The notes under the pieces are model-generated. The model saw only the letters and a list, made by a program, of their open reading frames with translations, made no database searches and was not told the origin of the DNA. A program made the translations under genes and the position numbers. A DNA stretch of 64,000 bases, taken from IMG/VR virus record IMGVR_UViG_3300049793_000366, positions 124,001-188,000 of that record; one strand, written 5' to 3'. The stretch's first letter is position 1, and the number at the start of each line of letters is the position of its first letter. Shown here piece by piece: positions 8,388-17,838 of the stretch.

Positions 8388-9491
8388 CTAGTACCCAATC
8401 TCGTTATCTGGTGCTTGTTCTTTTAAGCCCTTTACAACATCGACAACTCTTGCTGGATTCTTGTATGTTTTATTTTTACCTAAGAATTTACTCAATTCAT
8501 TAGCCTTTTCAACATCCAATTCTTCAAACTGAATGTCTGCTACAATTGAGTTACAATCCATGTATTCATTTGTTATATCGTCTGAATCCTCAGTATTTGT
8601 TATCAATATGATATGTACATTTAAATGGTCTGATAGTATACCATCAACCAACTGTTTAATATTATTGATAGACATACTAAGTCTATAATGTTGATGTTCA
8701 GTAAACATATCACAATCATCCAATAATATTATTGAATTATTATTTCTTTCTAAGAAAGTTAGAAACTCAGGACTATTGATGGTAGCATCAATCATCACTG
8801 ATGGTACGTATATTACTTGTTTTTCAACCTGAGTAGTGATATAGCTTGCGAAATTGGTTTTACCAGTTCCTCTTTCTCCCCATAATACAGTCAGTCCACG
8901 AGGTAACTTATTGATTTGTTTAATTAGCTTATTAGCTTGTGTTATAACATCATCATTATAGTAATACTCAATGTTCTCTTTATCGGTCTGTGTTTTAAAA
9001 GGACTTAGTTCATAACCGTTCGCACCTATTCTTAGGTAGAAGTTTTTCTCTTGTGAACCACTCTCTGGTGCCAAGATAGCACTATCGAATTTATGTATAA
9101 GTTTAGTAAGTTCTTCACTATTAACCTTTGTGTGATTATAGAATACCGTAAAATTTGTTATCACTCTTTCATCTTCTTCTGCTGAATCTAATTCAAGGAA
9201 AGAAAGATATAAATCATCGCTTAATTTAACGCAATATTTATTATTGAATATAAATCTATCACCATCAGGTATAATCTCTGATGTTTTGTTTATATTTTTA
9301 TCAGTTGATTCAAATTCATCTGTTATAATACCCCATACGGCAGGGGCATCAAATTGAGAGTAAAATACCAATTTACTTGGTCGTAAACCAAACTCATGTG
9401 TAATAAAGAGGAAATCATTCACGTCAACATCATCCTTTGTGACATTGATGTTTAGATTGTATTCTTTATTTGTGTTCTGTTGAGACTTCAT
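8388..9491 (-). CDS. AAA+ family ATPase
   Basis: Walker A GERGTGKT, Walker B IILLDDCD, sensor-1-like ILITN. Confidence 0.8.
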   Translation of the reverse strand: MKSQQNTNKEYNLNINVTKDDVDVNDFLFITHEFGLRPSKLVFYSQFDAPAVWGIITDEFESTDKNINKTSEIIPDGDRFIFNNKYCVKLSDDLYLSFLELDSAEEDERVITNFTVFYNHTKVNSEELTKLIHKFDSAILAPESGSQEKNFYLRIGANGYELSPFKTQTDKENIEYYYNDDVITQANKLIKQINKLPRGLTVLWGERGTGKTNFASYITTQVEKQVIYVPSVMIDATINSPEFLTFLERNNNSIILLDDCDMFTEHQHYRLSMSINNIKQLVDGILSDHLNVHIILITNTEDSDDITNEYMDCNSIVADIQFEELDVEKANELSKFLGKNKTYKNPARVVDVVKGLKEQAPDNEIGY

Positions 9492-9543
9492 CTAAAAATG
9501 AGTTTATTTTTTAATATATACATAAAAATGTACATTTCTACAA

Positions 9544-9711
9544 ATGGAAAAACACATTAGTGGAATATTAATTGCCAATAACTACTTAACTAAGTGTAAG
9601 TTGGAGGATTCTAATATAGAATTGGCGAGAAGGCTTCTATCGTTTAAGATAAAAGAAGCTTTGGCGGCTCTACATTCGAATACTCAACAAAGTAAGAAGG
9701 CAAAAAGTTAG
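9544..9711 (+). CDS. Possible small protein, 55 aa (not in ORF track)
   Basis: MEKHISGILIANNYL...KKAKS* fills an otherwise empty gap; AATATATA about 30 nt upstream. Confidence 0.4.
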   Translation: MEKHISGILIANNYLTKCKLEDSNIELARRLLSFKIKEALAALHSNTQQSKKAKS

Positions 9712-9920
9712 ATTTGAGGACCCTCAATCACTTGTGGACCGTCAACTCCTGGAATGCCTGGGATTGTTGTTGGGTTGTCAAACTTACCACTTTCCTTTTC
9801 TCTTCTAATTAGTTCTTCAATAAAATTCTTTTGCGCTTTCATGTAAGCGTTTTTCTCTTGCTTTAAACGTTCATTACGTTTAGCAACTTTCTTTCTGTGT
9901 TCTTTTCTATTTTTTCCCAT
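9708..9920 (-). CDS. Small basic hypothetical protein
   Basis: MGKNRKEHRKKVAKRN, K/R-rich. Confidence 0.6.
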   Translation of the reverse strand: MGKNRKEHRKKVAKRNERLKQEKNAYMKAQKNFIEELIRREKESGKFDNPTTIPGIPGVDGPQVIEGPQI

Positions 9921-9974
9921 ACACTTTTATGTATTTTTATAGGGTTATATAACAAAGAAAGTTAGAAGTTGAAG

Positions 9975-12900
9975 TTAGTAGTTGAAAATAAAATCATAAC
10001 CACCATTATCTTCGAGCCATTGTTCCAGCTCTTCTCGATTCAAGTCTCTGAGCTGTCTACCATCGGACGTTTTAATCTCAAATATAAAGTCATAATTTGA
10101 TCCGAGTGAATTATTCTCACCCTCGTCACCAGTAAGCACTAATTTATCAAAGTCAATATCAGCGATGTTACTGCTTTCTGGACCAGTATCAGTCATACCA
10201 CCACTCAATACTTGCATAATTTCCTCTAATGTCATGTCATCCTGGTGTTTCTTACACAATTTTATATGTGGTGCTTTTAATATAGCAGCTAATCCCAGTA
10301 ATGCCCATACAAAGTCAATAAATCCGTTAATTATGGCTTCAATTAAACATAATATGGCATTCAAGAAGTATAGTGGTTGTTTTAACAACGTTTTAAACTG
10401 TGCTTTATTCACTTTGAATAGCTTAGGTATAAACACGATGTCAATAACTTCACTCAAGTCGAAAATATAATCATCTGGTAAGTTCTTAAGGTCTTTAACC
10501 CATCCTGTAAATTTAGGAATATCGAATTTAATACCAATAAGAGCCAATAGATTCATAGGGTCGAAAAATTCCATAATCCATTTAAAGCTTAAGAATTCTT
10601 TTAATTTACTGACTAAGTTACCAGGATTAAGCTCCTTAAAGAAGTTCATTATATACTCAATAATACCAAAGATAATTTTCAATGGTGTTGTAATTAAGCT
10701 TAATAATAAATTAAATAATGGGTGTGGATAGATAGAGAATTTCTTTCTAAGTTTATCGATTTTATCTCTTATTAATTTATTACCTCTATCTTTCTTTTGT
10801 GCTTCTTCATATAAATCAAGAGCTTGTTGAGCCATATTAGGGTCATCTGGATTGTTGTTTATTAAATCATCAGCTTGTTTAACCATTGTAGCTATTTCCT
10901 CTGATAGATAAGTATATTCATAGTCAATACCATCAACAAATTTACCAGTTGAATACCATTCGGTTATAACGTCATCGTAGTGTAAACCATTTATGTCAGC
11001 ACTATATTGTTGTGAACCATTTATACTAGTAGCTTGAGCATTATTATTTGCGTTTGTACCCGCTTCTTTTATACCGGCTAAATCTTTTAGGTTATCATTT
11101 ATGAATTTATCAAAAGCGTCCACATCTGGATCTTTTAGTAGTTTAAATATCAAAGTCAACGGTGGTTTTTTATCGAATAACGCGAATAATTCCCACTTAA
11201 TACCAAATACAACAGATAAGAATTTAACAGCCGCAGAACCATCCCAAATGAATTTTGGAACACCAGTTTCAGGATGTATATGAATCCAGTTACTTGCTGG
11301 TGTACTCTTAATTTTATTAGTTAAGTCTTTGATATATTTCTCTTTCTGCTTAATATTACCAGCTAAGTCAGCTTGTTTTATTTTAGCAACATATGTTGGT
11401 ATCGCTTTAACAGCTTTCTTAAATTCTGGTCCAAATATTTCAAAGTTTTCACCCAATTTCTCTGTTAGAATATCAAATAAGAAACTAGCGGGATTCTTTA
11501 TTAAATCCATTAACTGCTTAATCTTAGGAATAAGCTTAGTCATTATATCTGATAAAATAGATAAGAAAACCTTAACGCCACCAATAGCGTGTGGTCTTTT
11601 ATACCACATTGGACTTCCACCGCCTCCACCGCCACCTTGATTACCACCACCTGTACTTGGTTCACCAGGATTAGCTTCCGGTAAAACTGCTTCTATTAAA
11701 TAGATTGTTTCTAAGTCATCTTCGTTTGTAGGATATCTGAATATTTGAAATGGGTTTGGTTCTCCATACCCAGGTGTTTTTAATTCGGATGGTGCGGATG
11801 GTATCGCAAACTTAGAAGTAGCATAAGGATCCCCAACTTTAAGAAAGTTATTTGTAACTTGATTACCAGCTATAATTTGACCAGAAGGAATATCTGCTGT
11901 TACTCTTATTGCATTAACTGGTAAATCACTAATATTTGTTGTTATCGTGGGTGTTTGTATATTATTTATACTGACAACTTTTCTCTTATTCATAAGAGGT
12001 GATATTGGCCCCTTGTATGATTGCCATTTGACGATAGTATTAGAATCGGTGTAGAATGTGAATCCATTTGCTGTGTGATTCATATTAGGAACACCAACTT
12101 CACTTAATGTAGTTGTTACATATGTTTTCTTAACAGTATCACCTTGTGTTAATTTATAGTTGTTGAGTGTTACTGAATTGTTTTGATTTAAAGTAGCAAC
12201 AGTCCAATTAGCTGATACAGTACCCCATGTTGATGGTTTTGTGTTAGTAGTTGTTCCATCATCAAAATAATATGTGATGACTTTACCGATACTTGAACCA
12301 GAACCAACTTTAATAGTTGTAACAGTTTTACCGCTAACTAGTGGTGTTGATAATTGTGCAACTGAATATGTACCACCAGATACATCTTGTTCTGCTGATG
12401 GTGAACCACCAGTTAAGTCATACTTTCTATATTCCCAGTTATCACCGATTTTTTTAATTTCATTAAATCTTAATCCATCATAGAAACTAAATTGTGTAAA
12501 GTCTGATGGTGCTGTTCTTGCCCATACATCAATATTAAAGGTTTTGTCATAATCAAGATTTCTCTGAAAGTTTAACCCAATATTATCATAAGATACGGAA
12601 GTAACATTATACGATGATTGTGTTGCTACTTCTGGGAATGTTTTATATTTTTCAAATAACGTTATATCAAATGGTTTGTTATCAGACATTGATATATCAT
12701 GTGAGTTATGTACAAATCTTAATATTGTAGCTGATTTCTCTGGTGTATTTTGTAAAGTATCATAAGTAATATTAAATGTAGTATCTACTTTTATAATTCT
12801 CATCTCATAATCACCTTCTGGGTCAATCAATAGTGGTTTACCGCCTATTACTTTTTCAACTGGCATGAATGGTTGCTTAGGTACTTTTCCTAAGTTGTAT

Positions 12901-14348
12901 TGTGATATTATATTACCAGGAATCCCAGGTAAAAACCCACCAGTTGATATAGCATCTAATTGTTTTTCAGATTCAGATGCATCAAATTTAGATAGTACAA
13001 AAGACCTTGCTTCTGCCTTTCTTGAAGGGAAATCGCTCACTACTTTGTTTCTAACTAACTTATCAAAATTAGTATCAGGCTTCGCCGCATCTACTTTTAG
13101 ATTAACGAATTTATGTATGAAGTTTTTATACTCAACGATTTGACTACCTGTGAAATATTTCTCATAGTTACCACCTGGATTCTCTGGGTCATCAGGCATA
13201 TCATCACCATTGTCATCTTTCTTCTTTACTCTCTCCCAAGAACGAGGGTCATTTTCATATTTAGGTCCAGGATAATTTATACTAGATTCTCTATCACCCC
13301 AGTTTGATTTCCACCACCACACTGTTGGTCCCACAAAGCCGAATTGCCCGTACCATTTACCACTTTGTTCTAACCAAGATGGAGCCGCCATTGGCGAACC
13401 GTTAGAGTCAAATACTGCTAATACAATATTTTCAGGAAAGTCTTCTGTTGGATTGTCTTCATCTAATCCTAAGTCACCGTCTCCTACAACACCATCTAAA
13501 TCTTCGAGACTTATACCACCTAAAAATTGAACAATATCATGATATGTTGTTTCATAATCTATACCGTTTAATTTCTTACCAGTGGAATATACCTCTGATA
13601 TAGTTTCATACTCCGCTTCATAGCCAGTGGTATCTACTGCACCATTTTGTGTTGATGGTAATTCGTCATTTAGTGATTCATCACCACCAGTTCCGGTATT
13701 GTTAGTGTTATTAGCATTACCAGCAGAGCTTGGAATACCACCCTTGACTTGTAAGTTTGATAACTTACTTAATTTCTCTTGTAATAGAGATTTATCATAG
13801 TTAATCGCTCTTGGGTTTTTCTTTGGTCTAAGTCCTTTTGGTTTTGCTGGGTTTGTATAATCCAATGGCACCGAAAGTCTTGCCGCACAATCTTCTAATT
13901 TAGCAAGAATACCAACGAAAATTTTAACAATTTCCATATATGGTTTTTGCGATTCAAATATGGCTTTAATAGCTGTCTTCTCAAGAGCTTTTAACCCCAT
14001 GAAGTTATCAGCAGAAGTAAGAGAAATATCTCCTTCTGGTACAGAAATTTTACCGTTTGATTTAACGTAAGATTTAGGATCCTTAGCCATCTTAGAGTTA
14101 CTAACACTTTCGAAAATCTTAAGTGATTCTAAGCTTGGTGGTTTAGCCATACCTCTGGCTACCATTTGCTTCTTAAGTGTATCAGCGATTCCAAGTTCAC
14201 CGTTTGCGAACTTAACCAAATATGAAATATCTGGAATTAATAGAATAGGCTTACTTTTATCCTTACCATCTGATGGCGGACCTGTAATTGCTTGTGTAAG
14301 CGGTAATGGTATTTTCGGTTGTAACGGTAAGTGAAATTCTATTGGCAT
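9975..14348 (-). CDS. Large (1457 aa) probable virion protein
   Basis: Long ORF, beta-rich T/S/G centre, amphipathic helical ends, duplicated YSTGK..GIDYE.TY motif; TATATATT upstream. Confidence 0.6.
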   Translation of the reverse strand: MPIEFHLPLQPKIPLPLTQAITGPPSDGKDKSKPILLIPDISYLVKFANGELGIADTLKKQMVARGMAKPPSLESLKIFESVSNSKMAKDPKSYVKSNGKISVPEGDISLTSADNFMGLKALEKTAIKAIFESQKPYMEIVKIFVGILAKLEDCAARLSVPLDYTNPAKPKGLRPKKNPRAINYDKSLLQEKLSKLSNLQVKGGIPSSAGNANNTNNTGTGGDESLNDELPSTQNGAVDTTGYEAEYETISEVYSTGKKLNGIDYETTYHDIVQFLGGISLEDLDGVVGDGDLGLDEDNPTEDFPENIVLAVFDSNGSPMAAPSWLEQSGKWYGQFGFVGPTVWWWKSNWGDRESSINYPGPKYENDPRSWERVKKKDDNGDDMPDDPENPGGNYEKYFTGSQIVEYKNFIHKFVNLKVDAAKPDTNFDKLVRNKVVSDFPSRKAEARSFVLSKFDASESEKQLDAISTGGFLPGIPGNIISQYNLGKVPKQPFMPVEKVIGGKPLLIDPEGDYEMRIIKVDTTFNITYDTLQNTPEKSATILRFVHNSHDISMSDNKPFDITLFEKYKTFPEVATQSSYNVTSVSYDNIGLNFQRNLDYDKTFNIDVWARTAPSDFTQFSFYDGLRFNEIKKIGDNWEYRKYDLTGGSPSAEQDVSGGTYSVAQLSTPLVSGKTVTTIKVGSGSSIGKVITYYFDDGTTTNTKPSTWGTVSANWTVATLNQNNSVTLNNYKLTQGDTVKKTYVTTTLSEVGVPNMNHTANGFTFYTDSNTIVKWQSYKGPISPLMNKRKVVSINNIQTPTITTNISDLPVNAIRVTADIPSGQIIAGNQVTNNFLKVGDPYATSKFAIPSAPSELKTPGYGEPNPFQIFRYPTNEDDLETIYLIEAVLPEANPGEPSTGGGNQGGGGGGGSPMWYKRPHAIGGVKVFLSILSDIMTKLIPKIKQLMDLIKNPASFLFDILTEKLGENFEIFGPEFKKAVKAIPTYVAKIKQADLAGNIKQKEKYIKDLTNKIKSTPASNWIHIHPETGVPKFIWDGSAAVKFLSVVFGIKWELFALFDKKPPLTLIFKLLKDPDVDAFDKFINDNLKDLAGIKEAGTNANNNAQATSINGSQQYSADINGLHYDDVITEWYSTGKFVDGIDYEYTYLSEEIATMVKQADDLINNNPDDPNMAQQALDLYEEAQKKDRGNKLIRDKIDKLRKKFSIYPHPLFNLLLSLITTPLKIIFGIIEYIMNFFKELNPGNLVSKLKEFLSFKWIMEFFDPMNLLALIGIKFDIPKFTGWVKDLKNLPDDYIFDLSEVIDIVFIPKLFKVNKAQFKTLLKQPLYFLNAILCLIEAIINGFIDFVWALLGLAAILKAPHIKLCKKHQDDMTLEEIMQVLSGGMTDTGPESSNIADIDFDKLVLTGDEGENNSLGSNYDFIFEIKTSDGRQLRDLNREELEQWLEDNGGYDFIFNY

Positions 14349-14370
14349 TCAATATATATTCCAAAAGAAC

Positions 14371-15750
14371 TTACTCCTGAGGTTTAGACATCTCGGAAAT
14401 TGTAAAGTTAAAATCATCCGCTAAAGTAAATTTATACTTAGCTGATAACTTACCAGACATCTCACCACCAGTGAACATAACGTGAATATCTAAAGTAATA
14501 AATTGTTTATTATCCAATTCTAATATAATATTGAATTTGAAATCATTGTTATCCTCTTCAACAGTGTCAACCGTTAATTTAACGTGATAGTCAAACTTAG
14601 CAGTAATTCTATCATAGTTATCTCTGAAAAATTTACGAGATGGTAATCTATAAAATACGTTACCGTTGTTACCTGAATAATAGATATCTCTATCTAAACA
14701 ACCAAGTTTATTTACAACAGTTTTAACTAACTTCATTTTAATTCTACCGTCTGCTAATTTAAGACCATCTTCAAGTCTTGTAATATCCTCTGATGAATCT
14801 TTTTTAAGAGTTTCAGTAAGAGCGTGTTCTAATATCTTAGAGTTAAGAATTAATATCTTTCTTTCTGTCCATTCCTTTTCAGTAGTAGCAGCGTCTTTTA
14901 AAAATTTATCCTTTTCTTTCCAAATTTCTGTAAGTAAATCTGAAAACTGTAATATGTTCTGGTCAAGTGAACGGAAAAATTCACCTAAATGTTGAAATTG
15001 TCTATCTCTGTGTTTGATTGCGAATAACCCAAAGTAGGTCATTGAATCAATTCTCTGTGGGTCAATAAATTTCTCAATCATTTGACGAGCCTCTGAGTTA
15101 CCACCTTCATAAATTAATTTAACCCATTCCTGTGCTAACTTATCCCATTTAGGCATATATGTCTCGTGAAATAATATTTCCATTGGTTGTGCTAATAAAT
15201 CTTCTGCGAAATTAGCGAATGATGCAGACTTAGATAGGTTTAAATTCTTATTTACGAAAACTGAATATTGTCTACCATCATGTGTTTCGATGATGATATC
15301 TTCATTATTCTCTTTTGTCTTATTTGGTCCCAACCAGTAAACAGCTTTAACCATTTCTTCTCTTAGCTTCTCATCTAATAATAATTTATCATAGATATTA
15401 CGAGCGGTAATACGAGCATTTATTAATTTATTCCAGTCTCTTTCAACATTAAAGTCAACTGAGCTAAATTCTCCATTTATTTTACCTAAGTTATCATCTT
15501 CAACACATTTACCATCTACAACGGCACCTAGCATTAGTCTATTTTTAGCATATACTAAGTTTTTTAAATCGTTTAAGAATACAGAAGAATCCTCTGTATA
15601 GCGACCTTTAATACCCTTGTCGAGTAGATTGTCAAGAAAGTTAGGATTGATAATAAGCATAGCTACGCAAAGTTCAGTAACTATATTAGAGTTATTGTAT
15701 TTGTATTCTTTAGCTTCTTTAAATAGGGAGTATTGCTTTAACCATTTCAT
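14371..15750 (-). CDS. Hypothetical protein with capsid-targeting-like N-terminus
   Basis: MKWLKQYSLFKEA. Confidence 0.65.
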   Translation of the reverse strand: MKWLKQYSLFKEAKEYKYNNSNIVTELCVAMLIINPNFLDNLLDKGIKGRYTEDSSVFLNDLKNLVYAKNRLMLGAVVDGKCVEDDNLGKINGEFSSVDFNVERDWNKLINARITARNIYDKLLLDEKLREEMVKAVYWLGPNKTKENNEDIIIETHDGRQYSVFVNKNLNLSKSASFANFAEDLLAQPMEILFHETYMPKWDKLAQEWVKLIYEGGNSEARQMIEKFIDPQRIDSMTYFGLFAIKHRDRQFQHLGEFFRSLDQNILQFSDLLTEIWKEKDKFLKDAATTEKEWTERKILILNSKILEHALTETLKKDSSEDITRLEDGLKLADGRIKMKLVKTVVNKLGCLDRDIYYSGNNGNVFYRLPSRKFFRDNYDRITAKFDYHVKLTVDTVEEDNNDFKFNIILELDNKQFITLDIHVMFTGGEMSGKLSAKYKFTLADDFNFTISEMSKPQE

Positions 15751-15774
15751 GCTACTATATATAAATTATTTGAT

Positions 15775-16296
15775 TTATAATATCTCTTGTGCGTGTTTTT
15801 GTAGATTATCAATTAAATTCTGTAAATCCACATCACTCATAGTAAATGGACCATTTTTAATGATGTATTTCATTTCACTTTTACTTTCAACAACTTCGAA
15901 GTCAAAGTTTTCCAACCTTAGTTTCTGCTCAACCTTGTCAAATAGTTTCGGCTCTTTCTTATAGATAGACCATTCCTGATTAGTTAAGTTTTTCATAACC
16001 TCTTCGATATCATTGTTTCCAATTGATATAACAACACCTCTTTTAAATAATGGAAGTCTTACGATAGTTTGTTCAGTATCAAACTTACTTGTGAACATCA
16101 GCTTATAATCCTTCCGAAAACCACGCATATGTAGTGTATTAAGTGGATTACCTCTTTCATACATTATATCATCAACTATTACATCATAACCTAAATCGAT
16201 GACCTCTTGGAAGATGTCTTTTATCACATCAGTTGTTAAGTCATTACTGCGGTTAACTATTGATTCATATAACCTAAATGGTTTCAAGTATTTCAT
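15775..16296 (-). CDS. Hypothetical protein with capsid-targeting-like N-terminus
   Basis: MKYLKPFRLYES. Confidence 0.65.
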   Translation of the reverse strand: MKYLKPFRLYESIVNRSNDLTTDVIKDIFQEVIDLGYDVIVDDIMYERGNPLNTLHMRGFRKDYKLMFTSKFDTEQTIVRLPLFKRGVVISIGNNDIEEVMKNLTNQEWSIYKKEPKLFDKVEQKLRLENFDFEVVESKSEMKYIIKNGPFTMSDVDLQNLIDNLQKHAQEIL

Positions 16297-16300
16297 ATTT

Positions 16301-16310
16301 AATATATATT
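16301..16310. promoter_or_regulatory. Palindromic putative late-promoter motif serving divergent genes
   Basis: AATATATATT between the 16296(-) and 16330(+) starts; the motif recurs before many virion-type genes. Confidence 0.5.
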
Positions 16311-16329
16311 AAAGACTTAATCTAACAAT

Positions 16330-16953
16330 ATGAAATATATAAAAAGGTACAATAATTACAAGGAGTCAATACAAATAGATACGTCTATGTTTGACTGGAA
16401 TATCAAGGAATCTTTGTCAATTTGGCAAGATTCTCTTCTTAATTCTATTAATGCTGAAAAGGTAGATTTTCATGATGCTTTGAAGCTTGATAGACAATTG
16501 AAGCTTGACTTAGATTATCTGTCGGATAGTAATTCATTTATAAATTCATTATCCAGTTTAGGGTTAAAGAAGTCAACAGTTCAAAATACTGATGACTATG
16601 AAACCTTACTTAACAAGTCTTGTAAATTCATGCCAATATACACGATTGAATCTAATGAGTTAGAGAATCCTATGTATATAGCAATTCAGTTTTGGATTGA
16701 TTCACTATCGAGATGGGATGAAGCGGCTTTGTATCGCGTTAAAGAAGATATGAGAAAGTTTTACGATAAGTTGACATCAAAGACTATTGAAATAGTTGAT
16801 GGTGATAAGAAATACTTATATAAAACTGGTAATGGTGGTAATGATTGGACTCTACAAGGTGGTGAAGCTACCGAAGAGTTTATGAAGAATCTTAGACAAG
16901 AGGAACTACAAGCATTGGTTTCTAATAAAAATATTAGAATTAATATTATATAA
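16330..16953 (+). CDS. Hypothetical protein with capsid-targeting-like N-terminus
   Basis: MKYIKRYNNYKES. Confidence 0.65.
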   Translation: MKYIKRYNNYKESIQIDTSMFDWNIKESLSIWQDSLLNSINAEKVDFHDALKLDRQLKLDLDYLSDSNSFINSLSSLGLKKSTVQNTDDYETLLNKSCKFMPIYTIESNELENPMYIAIQFWIDSLSRWDEAALYRVKEDMRKFYDKLTSKTIEIVDGDKKYLYKTGNGGNDWTLQGGEATEEFMKNLRQEELQALVSNKNIRINII

Positions 16954-17789
16954 TGGGTTTTGAGAAAAAGATATACATAGATTATAATCTCAATAAGAAC
17001 CAATTAAAACAGGTTCTATTGGAGAACAATACCTATGATGTTATACCAACTCCGAATTCTGGTGAAGATAAGGGTCTTATATACTTTGATACCAATTTAA
17101 ATAGAATTTTAGTTTGGGATGGTGATAACTGGAAGATAGTTCAATACTTAGATGATAGGGATTTATCTAACACACAAGATGTTATTGTTGAAAATATATG
17201 GGTTGAATCTGATTTAATCCCAACAGTATTAGCAACAGCAAGTTCATCTGATATAGTTGAAGAGATAATTGGAACAACTATGTCTTATGTTAGTAATTCC
17301 TATTCATTCAGATATAGCATCTCGGAAGATGTTGTACCATCGTCTTATGGTTCATTTTATGAGCCTGTATTAAAAACATATAATGATATAACTGTTCCCG
17401 TTGGGTTTAAAAACTGGACAGTTGAATATGGTTCGGATTTTATACAAGTGACTTTATACGGTGGGTTTTCAACATCTGGCTCGTATATTATCACACCAAC
17501 AAACCCACCTAAGCTTGACTATTGGAGATATACTGGTAGAAAAGGTTCGTTCAAATTTATAGGTGGTTTCACAAACATAATGGAGATTACACCATTATCA
17601 ATTCCTTATAACTTATTATCACTACCTACTTATGTTAGAAGAGATAATATCGTTTCTCTAACTGTTAATGGTGTTGTTATATACGAATGGACTTATGATG
17701 AGAATACACAAATTATTACAATAGATGAATTTTTACTTGGGTACGCTATAGATGGTACTGATACTCTACGAATAGAGTTAAATGTGTAA
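16953..17789 (+). CDS. Probable virion structural protein
   Basis: GLIYFDTNLNRILVWDGDNW motif common in tail-fibre/structural proteins; adjacent to fibre gene. Confidence 0.55.
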   Translation: MGFEKKIYIDYNLNKNQLKQVLLENNTYDVIPTPNSGEDKGLIYFDTNLNRILVWDGDNWKIVQYLDDRDLSNTQDVIVENIWVESDLIPTVLATASSSDIVEEIIGTTMSYVSNSYSFRYSISEDVVPSSYGSFYEPVLKTYNDITVPVGFKNWTVEYGSDFIQVTLYGGFSTSGSYIITPTNPPKLDYWRYTGRKGSFKFIGGFTNIMEITPLSIPYNLLSLPTYVRRDNIVSLTVNGVVIYEWTYDENTQIITIDEFLLGYAIDGTDTLRIELNV

Positions 17790-17838
17790 AAGATTATTCT
17801 TAATAATAATATATAGCTTATAAAAACAAATTTAAAAG

